Positions 56,245 to 64,000 of a stretch of DNA of 64,000 nucleotides are shown one piece after another. Where the stretch lies: positions 13,313 to 77,312 of the IMG/VR virus record IMGVR_UViG_3300033074_001348, one strand, 5' to 3'. How positions within the stretch are numbered: position 1 is the first letter of the stretch; every line of letters starts with the position of its first letter. The notes beneath the pieces are model-generated. The model made no database searches, had not been told where the DNA came from, and saw only the letters and a list, made by a program, of their open reading frames with translations. Origin of the DNA: a virus. Lineage: Duplodnaviria > Caudoviricetes. Position numbers and translations under genes: made by a program.

Positions 56245-57700
56245 TTGCCTTAAATATTTGCAGAACCAGTTGGGGGACTACGGCATTTCCGTAGGCTTTG
56301 ATGGATTCTTGTCTGTGCCACGTTTCAAATTTTGAAGTTGCGGCTTCAAATCGCCTTGCTGCCAGTGCAATTTCATGTGGCAGGAATGACACAATGTTTC
56401 CAAGTTTTTCAGGTCGTTGTTTTTCCAGTTTCCGTCCTTGTGGTGAACGTCTAAATTCTCGGTGCTTTTGCAGGTAGCGCATTGTTTCTTTTGAGAATTT
56501 CTCGCTAAACGGTGAAAGCTGGATTTGTGGATCATTTCCGGTCTGATATAACTGCATTGTTTGGAACAGTATATCCTTTGATTCCAGCGCGTAAAATCTT
56601 CTAACCTTTTGCCAAACCTCCTCCTGTTGAATATGCTTCCACATTTCTGGCAGGTTTTCGATTCTGTTTTCCTTGCTTGTGTTGCTAATTTCATTGTATA
56701 ATTCTTTAGTTATATATCGAGCCAACCTATTGGAAATCCCATCATTTCGTTGACAAACAGGGGATTGAGTTGGGAAGTTTGCCCAGTAATTTCTCTGGCT
56801 CTCTTGACTAAAGAATCCTGATTTTCCAATCCCGTCACTTTCTCCCCGTAATCTGATGCCATCGGTGTCGGCAACATTCCTTGTGTAACCCATTTCGCTA
56901 CAGTTTCTTCCAAATTTCCTTTGTTCCTGTTCGCTATATTCACATTGTTCAGATCGCACCCATTTACTTGATTCCCTCTTGGTGTCGGTAACAATCCCAG
57001 ATCCATGAATTTCGTTTTCCCGTTCTGGTCGCATTCCTTCAATCCTTGTGTTTGTGGTGTCGGAAGTAACTGAACCAACCTTCCCAGTCCCACACTGCCG
57101 TCTGTTCCATTCTGATTGATCTTCCTTGGTAAACCGGATGTTTCCTTGTAGATGTCGTTCTTTCCAATTATTGCACCCGCCCCGGCATCTGATGATACTG
57201 GAGTAGGCAACAAACCAAATTCTGTCCCTTCTATGGGGAGCATTGACGGCACAAGCTGGAAGTAAAAACGGTGTGACTTCGTAGCCTTCATTTTCCAGAT
57301 CAGCCTGCACTTGGTCGAATACCAACCCTCCATTCCAATTAGTAAGGCCGCGAACGTTTTCGAAAAGGCACCATTCCGGGCGAACCTCCCGAATTGCTCT
57401 AAGACAGTCTGGCCACCCATAGCGGTCGTCTTCGGTACCGAGTCTTTTTCCTGCTGCGGAAAACGGTTGGCAGGGAAATCCTGCCACAAGGATTGTTGGC
57501 TCATTTTTATTTAACAGTTTGTTAATTATATTGTAATCAATTGTTTTAACATTGTCATGGTGAAATGCATCCGGCCAGTAATACTTTAAAACCGACCTTC
57601 CAAATGGATTAATTTCGCATGAGGAAACAACCTTCCACCCCATTAATTCAGCAGCATATTCGAAACCACCGACCCCGGAGAATAGACTAATTAGTTGCAT
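56222..57700 (-). CDS. DNA cytosine-5 methyltransferase with a long insertion (492 aa)
   Basis: LFSGVGG, AGFPCQPFS, ENV, RRDRIWF and AYGNAVVPQ motifs. Confidence 0.88.
   Translation of the reverse strand: MQLISLFSGVGGFEYAAELMGWKVVSSCEINPFGRSVLKYYWPDAFHHDNVKTIDYNIINKLLNKNEPTILVAGFPCQPFSAAGKRLGTEDDRYGWPDCLRAIREVRPEWCLFENVRGLTNWNGGLVFDQVQADLENEGYEVTPFLLPACAVNAPHRRDRIWFVAYSSIIRCRGGCNNWKERHLQGNIRFTKEDQSEWNRRQCGTGKVGSVTSDTTNTRIEGMRPERENEIHGSGIVTDTKRESSKWVRSEQCEYSEQEQRKFGRNCSEMGYTRNVADTDGIRLRGESDGIGKSGFFSQESQRNYWANFPTQSPVCQRNDGISNRLARYITKELYNEISNTSKENRIENLPEMWKHIQQEEVWQKVRRFYALESKDILFQTMQLYQTGNDPQIQLSPFSEKFSKETMRYLQKHREFRRSPQGRKLEKQRPEKLGNIVSFLPHEIALAARRFEAATSKFETWHRQESIKAYGNAVVPQLVLQIFKAIEKYNNL
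56278..56694 (-). CDS. HNH endonuclease nested in the alternative frame of the C5 methyltransferase
   Basis: CQKC...CSKQC Zn motifs and CATC...DVHHKDGNWKNNDLKNLETLCHSCH. Confidence 0.8.
   Translation of the reverse strand: MKLATQARKTESKTCQKCGSIFNRRRFGKRLEDFTRWNQRIYCSKQCSYIRPEMIHKSSFHRLARNSQKKQCATCKSTENLDVHHKDGNWKNNDLKNLETLCHSCHMKLHWQQGDLKPQLQNLKRGTDKNPSKPTEMP
56710..57504 (-). CDS. Alternative-frame partner of the C5 methyltransferase (LLPTP-repeat protein)
   Basis: 264-aa open frame with four LPTP repeats and C-terminal QLNPLFVNEMMGFPIGW, which resembles MTase motif IX. Confidence 0.7.
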   Translation of the reverse strand: MSQQSLWQDFPANRFPQQEKDSVPKTTAMGGQTVLEQFGRFARNGAFSKTFAALLIGMEGWYSTKCRLIWKMKATKSHRFYFQLVPSMLPIEGTEFGLLPTPVSSDAGAGAIIGKNDIYKETSGLPRKINQNGTDGSVGLGRLVQLLPTPQTQGLKECDQNGKTKFMDLGLLPTPRGNQVNGCDLNNVNIANRNKGNLEETVAKWVTQGMLPTPMASDYGEKVTGLENQDSLVKRAREITGQTSQLNPLFVNEMMGFPIGWLDI

Positions 57701-58209
57701 ATAAATAGCGATTCAGTATTTTGTTTACTATGCACCCAAATGTGGCACGGATCGCACAAGGAAATCCCATTATCCAATTCAAATCTTAATTCAGGGAAAT
57801 TGGACCATGAATAAATATGGTGCGCCCTTAGCGTTTTACCTTTGTCGTAACCACACATTTGACATACATATCCATCTCTTGCATAAATTCTCCTTCTCCA
57901 CCTATTTACTAACTTGATATCCCTTATCTCTCGATTTAAACTTTGTCCGTGCTTATAATTAATATTATTTTCTCCTGTCATCCATTGTCCGCCTCCGGAA
58001 TTAGGACCATTTTCACCTTTCATGTTTTTAACCCTACATTCCCATGAGCAATACTTCCACCCTTTTCTAACCTGAGACTTCACAATAGAGCAACTTTTAC
58101 CGCAGCCAGAACAATTTTTAGTTAATCTGGATTTGTTTACTCTCGAAGCGATTGCTTTTTGCAGGTTAAGAATGCTCGACTCTCTCCTACTTAATTTATT
58201 TACTTGCAT
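57691..58209 (-). CDS. HNH endonuclease (172 aa)
   Basis: RDGYVCQMCG...AHHIYSW...NGISLCDPCH. Confidence 0.8.
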   Translation of the reverse strand: MQVNKLSRRESSILNLQKAIASRVNKSRLTKNCSGCGKSCSIVKSQVRKGWKYCSWECRVKNMKGENGPNSGGGQWMTGENNINYKHGQSLNREIRDIKLVNRWRRRIYARDGYVCQMCGYDKGKTLRAHHIYSWSNFPELRFELDNGISLCDPCHIWVHSKQNTESLFICN

Positions 58210-58352
58210 AAAACTAAAAGCCCGGTCAAGGCTTCATCACAGGGCCGAAACTCATACTTAACAATGAGAATTTCCTGAGAATCCGCCCCGACCGGGCTGT
58301 ATATTGGAGAATAAATAACCTGAGTAATCATTGTTTTAAAGTTTCGGCACCG

Positions 58353-58360
58353 CAAACATA
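58353..58360 (-). promoter_or_regulatory. -7 element TATGTTTG
   Basis: TAnnTTTG upstream of the HNH/methyltransferase operon. Confidence 0.4.
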
Positions 58361-58618
58361 ATTGTTTTTTTTACAATGCCGTTTCATGTGAAATAATAAG
58401 TTATCAACAACCTATTTCCCTGATCTCCATTTAGTGATCTCGGTATAAATTGCGTTTTTCTCCTCAATGGAATAGCCGTCATCCCGTCATTGCATCGTTA
58501 AACTTATCCATGTGCACATCATAGAATTGTTTTAATAGTTCATCAATTTCTGACTGGATAAAACCTTCCTTGTGTTTAGTTGGGAAGGAGTAGACTTTTT
58601 CCTCTAATGATTGGGTGC

Positions 58619-58816
58619 TCATTTCTTATATTCCTCCAATATCATATAAAATCTGCCCATCACTTCTTCCCGTAACTTTTCATCGAACGGTATTCTGATC
58701 GAGGCTTTGTAAGTACCGCTCGGGAATTTGGAGTAGGGGGAGACAGGGGGAGTGGGTTTGGGTGGGGTGGGCTTCTTGGTTCTTAGTTTAACGGGCTTCT
58801 TAGTCTTTGACTTCAT
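58619..58816 (-). CDS. Small basic, possibly RHH-like, protein
   Basis: TYKASIRIPFDEKLREEV. Confidence 0.4.
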   Translation of the reverse strand: MKSKTKKPVKLRTKKPTPPKPTPPVSPYSKFPSGTYKASIRIPFDEKLREEVMGRFYMILEEYKK

Positions 58817-58865
58817 CTTCTTTTTTTGATTTATATATTTTAGTTATTCGGAATTTCTTAATAAC

Positions 58866-59906
58866 TCAATTAGACGAACCATACGCTATTTCTGCTCTTG
58901 GTCGTCTTTTGTATCCGTGTTTTTCAAATGCGTCAATCCACATTAACTTCCTGTCTGCATGACCAACACCGCAAGGTTGCAATCTGAAATGACCTTTAAC
59001 TGCAAATCCTTCTGTGCGAATTATTAGTTTATTCCAAGAAGAGTCAACAACATAAACTGTGTAATTAGATGTATTAGTGATCTTACCGTCTTTTTTATCT
59101 TTACCGTTATTGCGACCTTTTTCTAATATCGTTACTTCAATATCTCCAAGTTCAACGAATGTCATTATTTTTAGAATGCGATTAAATTCTGCCGCATATT
59201 TTGTGTTAAAGAAATATCCATTTTCGTTAAGATCAAAACCAAATTCAAAATAAATATTTTTTTCATTATTATAGTAACACCCTTTTATAAACCCAACCTG
59301 ACAAATAAATTTACAAGTCTCGTGTTTTCCCAAAAGATACAGATGATGTCCGAATGAAACATTTTTTAATGCCCTACTACTAAATGTATCTCCAATGCGA
59401 ATCATTTTTGAGCACTCTTCAACACCGTTACAGATAAGGTATTTTTTAGGCTCAATATCTTCAGGGCGCTTAAATATGGTTCTATCAATATGTTTCTCAA
59501 CTATTTTTTGCACCTCCCAAGCTCTGCCCCACTCCTTAACATCTGACGTATTTGTTATATCAGTATCAAAGGCATCATTCCACATCGTCGCAATTTCAGG
59601 ATTTATTCCATCGTCCCCTATAAGCGACTTTATTTTATCTTGTAACTTTCGATTTGACTCCAACGAACTTAAAAGAAATTCCCTGTGGGTGCTACACAGT
59701 TTAGTGAACGCAGAATAATCCTCTAATAGTAAGCCGAGTTGTGAGTTTTTGCTAATTATCATGCCCCCAAAGATAATGCATTCCGTCCCACGTGCGACAG
59801 TTGCATGAAAATTATTTCTCTCTGATAAGCAATACATTAGAGAACCCAAACTTGCGAAGTTCCTCTGCCCGGTACTTTTGAAGTGGCGTTTGTAGCGTCT
59901 TCTCAC
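58866..59906 (-). CDS. Hypothetical protein
   Basis: C-terminal VKGHFRLQPCG motif; the real start is probably near 59762. Confidence 0.55.
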   Translation of the reverse strand: MRRRYKRHFKSTGQRNFASLGSLMYCLSERNNFHATVARGTECIIFGGMIISKNSQLGLLLEDYSAFTKLCSTHREFLLSSLESNRKLQDKIKSLIGDDGINPEIATMWNDAFDTDITNTSDVKEWGRAWEVQKIVEKHIDRTIFKRPEDIEPKKYLICNGVEECSKMIRIGDTFSSRALKNVSFGHHLYLLGKHETCKFICQVGFIKGCYYNNEKNIYFEFGFDLNENGYFFNTKYAAEFNRILKIMTFVELGDIEVTILEKGRNNGKDKKDGKITNTSNYTVYVVDSSWNKLIIRTEGFAVKGHFRLQPCGVGHADRKLMWIDAFEKHGYKRRPRAEIAYGSSN

Positions 59907-60069
59907 CCTTCACCTCAATAAAAATAGGCTCTTCTTTGGGTTTAAGTGCCAGTAAGTCCATAATACCGTTCTTATTAGTGCGGACAAGTTTTATAACGTA
60001 ATACCCTTTTGCCTCGTACTCTTTTATTACCTGTTTTTGGAATTTACTCTCAGACATAATCCCGCTCAA
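59812..60069 (-). CDS. VRR-NUC domain nuclease
   Basis: SESKFQ...GIMDLL...FIEVK...LQKYR. Confidence 0.8.
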   Translation of the reverse strand: MSGIMSESKFQKQVIKEYEAKGYYVIKLVRTNKNGIMDLLALKPKEEPIFIEVKGEKTLQTPLQKYRAEELRKFGFSNVLLIREK

Positions 60070-61273
60070 ATTTATTTAATGTATAATCCTTTTTATTAAG
60101 TACGGTCTTGTAAACCTTTTCCTCAATACCGCCTTCACTAAAAATCCAAAACACATCATTGCTTGCTCTTTGCATGGTGGTGAGCCTGTCCCGACTTTGC
60201 CAGTAGCTGAGTGCCGAGAAGTCAATGTTATAGTATACTAAATATTTAGCAGCAGATAAGCTAATTCCTTCTCTTCCCGATACAATTTGCAGGGCAATAC
60301 ATTTATTAGGATCGCTATTAAACTCATCAATATCATCGGTCAACTTCTCCCCATACACACTTTTAAGACACTCAAGTTCTTGCTTAAATTTATAAAAAAT
60401 AGCAATCTTTACTCCGGTAAATCTGTTCGCAATAAAATACGCTTTACTTTTATCCACCGTCATCGCATTTCCGCTCTCAAATTTAATAGTGCCTGAGCAG
60501 AGTTGATGGACTTTACTCATGAGTTTCACGGGCGTATCAGCCAACACCACCTCATCCTTTCCCTGCAACACCCGATCACGCTTTAATTTTATAATCATAT
60601 CATCCACCATTTTTGACATCGGACAATATAACACAGTCTCATTTACCTCACTGACAAAACCGCTTTGTTTTTGGCTGTAATAAATAAAGTAAGGCGATAC
60701 AATAGGGTCGATCAGATATTTTCTCGCCCTTTCGTACCGGTTCGTCTTACCGTATCCGTAGTCAACTTGATAGATGTCGACAAAATCTTTTGCCCACTTA
60801 TAAAAGTTACTCCACTTACTAAATGGGGTAAAGCTACTCACCCAAAACTGGTGATAAATTTGGGAGTAACCCTCAGGTGTAGGCGTGCCGCTCAAAAAAA
60901 TCATGGGCACTCCGGCAAATCGCTCCTTCATATATTTGGCAACCTTATTTGGCTTAGGGAACGCACCGCCAACTCTGTGGTGCTCATCCGATATCACCAA
61001 ATCAAAATCCCCTTCGACTTTGTGCATCGACTCATTATTTACAACTACTAACTCATACTGGTATCCAAGCTCTTTATAGTCACTCTCAATACTGCTAATC
61101 GCTTTTTTCTTGGTAGTGAACAGTACTCTTTTAGCACCATACAATTTTGCCGTCTCAAGTGCAGTCAATGTTTTGCCGGTTCGCACCTCCATTGCTAAAT
61201 AAACAACACCCAACCTCACAAGCCGATCACAAGCCTCTGTTGCGATCTCAATTTGATAATCTCGTAATTTCAT
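60050..61273 (-). CDS. SF2 (SNF2/DEAD-like) helicase
   Basis: EVRTGKT, DEHH, LSGTP and QSRDR motifs. Confidence 0.82.
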   Translation of the reverse strand: MKLRDYQIEIATEACDRLVRLGVVYLAMEVRTGKTLTALETAKLYGAKRVLFTTKKKAISSIESDYKELGYQYELVVVNNESMHKVEGDFDLVISDEHHRVGGAFPKPNKVAKYMKERFAGVPMIFLSGTPTPEGYSQIYHQFWVSSFTPFSKWSNFYKWAKDFVDIYQVDYGYGKTNRYERARKYLIDPIVSPYFIYYSQKQSGFVSEVNETVLYCPMSKMVDDMIIKLKRDRVLQGKDEVVLADTPVKLMSKVHQLCSGTIKFESGNAMTVDKSKAYFIANRFTGVKIAIFYKFKQELECLKSVYGEKLTDDIDEFNSDPNKCIALQIVSGREGISLSAAKYLVYYNIDFSALSYWQSRDRLTTMQRASNDVFWIFSEGGIEEKVYKTVLNKKDYTLNKFERDYV

Positions 61274-61278
61274 GCCCG

Positions 61279-61330
61279 CAAATATAAAATTTTCTTCCTA
61301 ATAATCAATGATATATAAAAAATAATTTTG
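61279..61330. promoter_or_regulatory. Divergent promoter pair (TATATTTG minus at 61279-61286; TAATTTTG plus at 61323-61330)
   Basis: Each box lies within a few nt of a start codon at a strand switch. Confidence 0.55.
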
Positions 61331-61333
61331 TAA

Positions 61334-61732
61334 ATGCAAAAGAACGGCATATATTTACAGGACAAAAAAAAGAGAGCAAGGATGCAACAAGTCTTCCATC
61401 TACTAACGCCCGTCAAGGAAATTGAGCCGGGATGGTATAAGTTAAAATGGAGACCGATTAAAAACGGCACATACAATTTATTCATTACAGACACAAGACG
61501 CTCTTGGCACTCAAAATTCTTAGGGGTTATGTACCACAACAACTCAGCGCATAATGGATGGGGGAGAGATTACGACGCATTCACAATAACAATAGGCTTA
61601 ATATTCTTCACAATTACCTTTTGGCTTCATTACAATATATCGTGTATGGCAGAAGGTGCATCAGGTGGAGGTCAAAAAATACCATTAGATTTTAGTAAGT
61701 CAAAAATAAAACCACATGGAACGAAAATTTAA
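61334..61732 (+). CDS. Hypothetical protein with one TM segment
   Basis: Contains AFTITIGLIFFTITFWL. Confidence 0.45.
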   Translation: MQKNGIYLQDKKKRARMQQVFHLLTPVKEIEPGWYKLKWRPIKNGTYNLFITDTRRSWHSKFLGVMYHNNSAHNGWGRDYDAFTITIGLIFFTITFWLHYNISCMAEGASGGGQKIPLDFSKSKIKPHGTKI

Positions 61733-62645
61733 GATTGGCGACAAGGTTGAAGTTGCAGACGGACACAAAGGCGTAATAGTTGACGAAACTTACAACCAGA
61801 TAACAGGTCGTTTATTTTCTGTTGATTGCGGCGAAAATGGGTTTGGTCAATATAAGGCATCCGCCCTCACTTTGATTGAGGAAAAGCCTGAACGAAAATT
61901 TAAGGTGGGGGACATGGTAAGAACCCCAAATGAAATAGTCAGTAAGGTAGTTTTCATATCTTCACTAAGTGATGCGCTATACCCCTATCTTGTAGAATAT
62001 AGCGATTCAACTTATGAGATGTTTGGTGAGTTAGATTTAACTTTAGTGCCAAAGTGCCCTGAGCCGAAATATAATGTTGGCGATAAAGTAAAGGTAAGCG
62101 CAGAAGGAATTGAGCCTTTTGAGGTGCAGATTACTTCTTGGGCGATTGCGGGAAGCCGATATTTTTACACATTTGAACTTGAAGGCGGTAGGGCAGGTGC
62201 TTACAGCGTTGAGACTACAGAACCAAGATATAAGAAAGGTGACGAGGTGTTTGATAAAGTAACCTCCATGCGAGTCTATTTTTCAGAATATTGCTCAAAA
62301 GGAGTAATCGTAACACGAGGGGGCACAACAAAGTTTCGTGATTTCTCTGATATCGAACCCTACACAGGGCAGGATAAAGAGAAAGAAGAGACGCAAAAGG
62401 ATAGAAACTCAAGATTGGCAGCAGAGCTTGTTAATGAGGTAACTCGTTTGCATCCTGAACTTAAGCAATTGCACCCCTACACCGTCATCCTGAAATCGGG
62501 CGTGAAGGTGGGGATTTCAGCAACTATCTTTGATTACATTACCGAACAGGACTCATACACAAAATCGGTTCAAACAGTAGCGGACGGTACAATAGTTTTA
62601 TCCGAAATCGCAGCCATCGTACCAACTGAAAATCTGATACCATGA
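61716..62645 (+). CDS. KOW/SH3-like repeat protein (309 aa)
   Basis: FKIGDKV, FKVGDMV, YNVGDKV and YKKGDEV repeats. Confidence 0.65.
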   Translation: MERKFKIGDKVEVADGHKGVIVDETYNQITGRLFSVDCGENGFGQYKASALTLIEEKPERKFKVGDMVRTPNEIVSKVVFISSLSDALYPYLVEYSDSTYEMFGELDLTLVPKCPEPKYNVGDKVKVSAEGIEPFEVQITSWAIAGSRYFYTFELEGGRAGAYSVETTEPRYKKGDEVFDKVTSMRVYFSEYCSKGVIVTRGGTTKFRDFSDIEPYTGQDKEKEETQKDRNSRLAAELVNEVTRLHPELKQLHPYTVILKSGVKVGISATIFDYITEQDSYTKSVQTVADGTIVLSEIAAIVPTENLIP

Positions 62646-62844
62646 CACCAAAAAATCCGCATTCTGAAATTAGCGAAATCGATTTAATGATTGCAAGTTC
62701 CCGATCTTGCGGAAATTCAGAGTGTTCTACTATATCCATATTTAATTACTTTGCAATGAATTATCAGTTTTGGCAACTACCTAAATATGTAAAGCCGAAG
62801 AAAAAAAGAACGAGCCTGAAATCAATTAAAGAAAATTTGATGTC

Positions 62845-63078
62845 ATGACCGCCGACCAATTAGCAGAGCTAATCAATAATTATTTAAGTAGCAACTATAA
62901 AGACCCAACTACTTTAATAGTAGAAAAAAGTAAGTATGAAAAGTTTGTGAATGAAATTATTGGATTGGTTGCTTATAAAACACTTCCTTTAGCTGAAGGT
63001 AAAATGACCTTTATGGGCTATGCGCTTCGAGTAATCTTTGCAACTAACTTAAAAGAAGGGGAGGTGATTGTATTATGA
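62845..63078 (+). CDS. Hypothetical protein
   Basis: Translationally coupled ORF (ATGA overlap). Confidence 0.4.
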   Translation: MTADQLAELINNYLSSNYKDPTTLIVEKSKYEKFVNEIIGLVAYKTLPLAEGKMTFMGYALRVIFATNLKEGEVIVL

Positions 63079-63252
63079 CAGCCGACCCCCTCTCCATGCA
63101 CATCAAAAATATGCAGACCATCAAATGCAGTAAGTGTGGTGCAGCCTATACTGAACATAATATGAATGAGCGCACCTTTCTATCCATTTTAATTCGACAG
63201 GGGTGGGTGGTGAAGTGGAATAAACCAATATGTAGTAAATGCAACTGAAAAA

Positions 63253-63930
63253 ATGGCTAAACAAAAACCAATCAACTGGACAAAAGTAAAAAGCGGTGAC
63301 AGGTTCACGGCTGAGATATCCGGCATTAAATGTGAAGGCAAAATACATAAGAGCAAGGATGGAGGTATTTACCTATGTCAAAACAAATTGAATGGGGCTG
63401 ACACTGCCAATAAACACGGGTATAAGTATTCTTGGAGTATACTTAATGGACACCCAAAAGATCTAAAACTTTGGCATATTGATGTCACCAACCTAAAAAT
63501 AATCTCACAATCAAAAACCAAACCTATGGCAAAGAAAAAAGCAGAAACGACAATCGAAAAAATCAAAACCCTTACCGGAGCCAACTGGCATATCGCTAAA
63601 GAAAAAAGCGGACTATCCACCAAACTGGTTTCCCGCAATGGCAAAGTGAACCGGTACGACAAAGGCTTCAATAACCGCCAAAATGCACTATTGAACATCA
63701 CCTCTTCTATCCGCAACGGATTTATTGATGACGGCATCTTCATCGAAGCGATGATCGCAGCGAAAACCCGTCAGGACGTAGTAGACGCCATCAATGCTTA
63801 CGGATATTTGAAGCCGAAGAGGGTGGCAGCGAAGAAGAAGAAAACCGAACTGATCGCAGGAGTGACAGTAAGCGGCGGCAAAAGAGTTGATGCGGCGAAG
63901 GTCGTTAAAAAGAAGTCCGGTAAGGCATGA
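63253..63930 (+). CDS. Basic hypothetical protein (225 aa)
   Basis: Lys-rich ORF with an A-rich leader. Confidence 0.5.
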   Translation: MAKQKPINWTKVKSGDRFTAEISGIKCEGKIHKSKDGGIYLCQNKLNGADTANKHGYKYSWSILNGHPKDLKLWHIDVTNLKIISQSKTKPMAKKKAETTIEKIKTLTGANWHIAKEKSGLSTKLVSRNGKVNRYDKGFNNRQNALLNITSSIRNGFIDDGIFIEAMIAAKTRQDVVDAINAYGYLKPKRVAAKKKKTELIAGVTVSGGKRVDAAKVVKKKSGKA

Positions 63931-64000
63931 CCCACTACTTCTACCTCAAACGTAACGAAGACGGAACGCTACGCCCCATGACGGGCTTAGCCTCCGCTTC

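Noticed and set aside
56278-56694. Intein or group I intron in the C5 methyltransferase
   Set aside because: There are no intein Cys/His-Asn boundaries in the methyltransferase frame, which is open without splicing. An intron is not needed, though only RT-PCR can exclude one.

Overview
This window is a ~64-kb stretch of a lytic-looking dsDNA tailed phage with podovirus/crAss-like gene order, probably infecting Bacteroidota (TAnnTTTG promoters, A-rich leaders). 1-24.7 kb (+) holds tail, ejection and tail-fibre genes followed by a lysis cassette. 24.7-35 kb holds mostly minus-strand accessory genes. 35-41 kb holds recombination genes (exonuclease, SSB, serine recombinase). 41-52 kb holds two tRNAs and an early anti-restriction-like cluster. 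52-61 kb holds a putative origin, primase, helicases and a C5 methyltransferase. The standout is two integron-like gene-cassette arrays at 24.7-28.6 kb and 31.2-32.35 kb. They contain eight complete attC-like hairpins (TAAC...GTT, 94 or 126-134 bp) and one half site. Each cassette's two ends are complementary to each other, with a conserved A/C mismatch at position 11. An identical 69-bp attI-like sequence heads both arrays. The genes lie antisense, four of them start inside the hairpin loop or downstream of the half site, and no integron integrase is seen in the window. Also notable are a C5 methyltransferase whose open frame is overprinted by a second-frame partner and a complete HNH nuclease, and a signal-peptide-bearing paralog of the tailspike beta-helix. 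All calls are from manual reading; no database searches were run.
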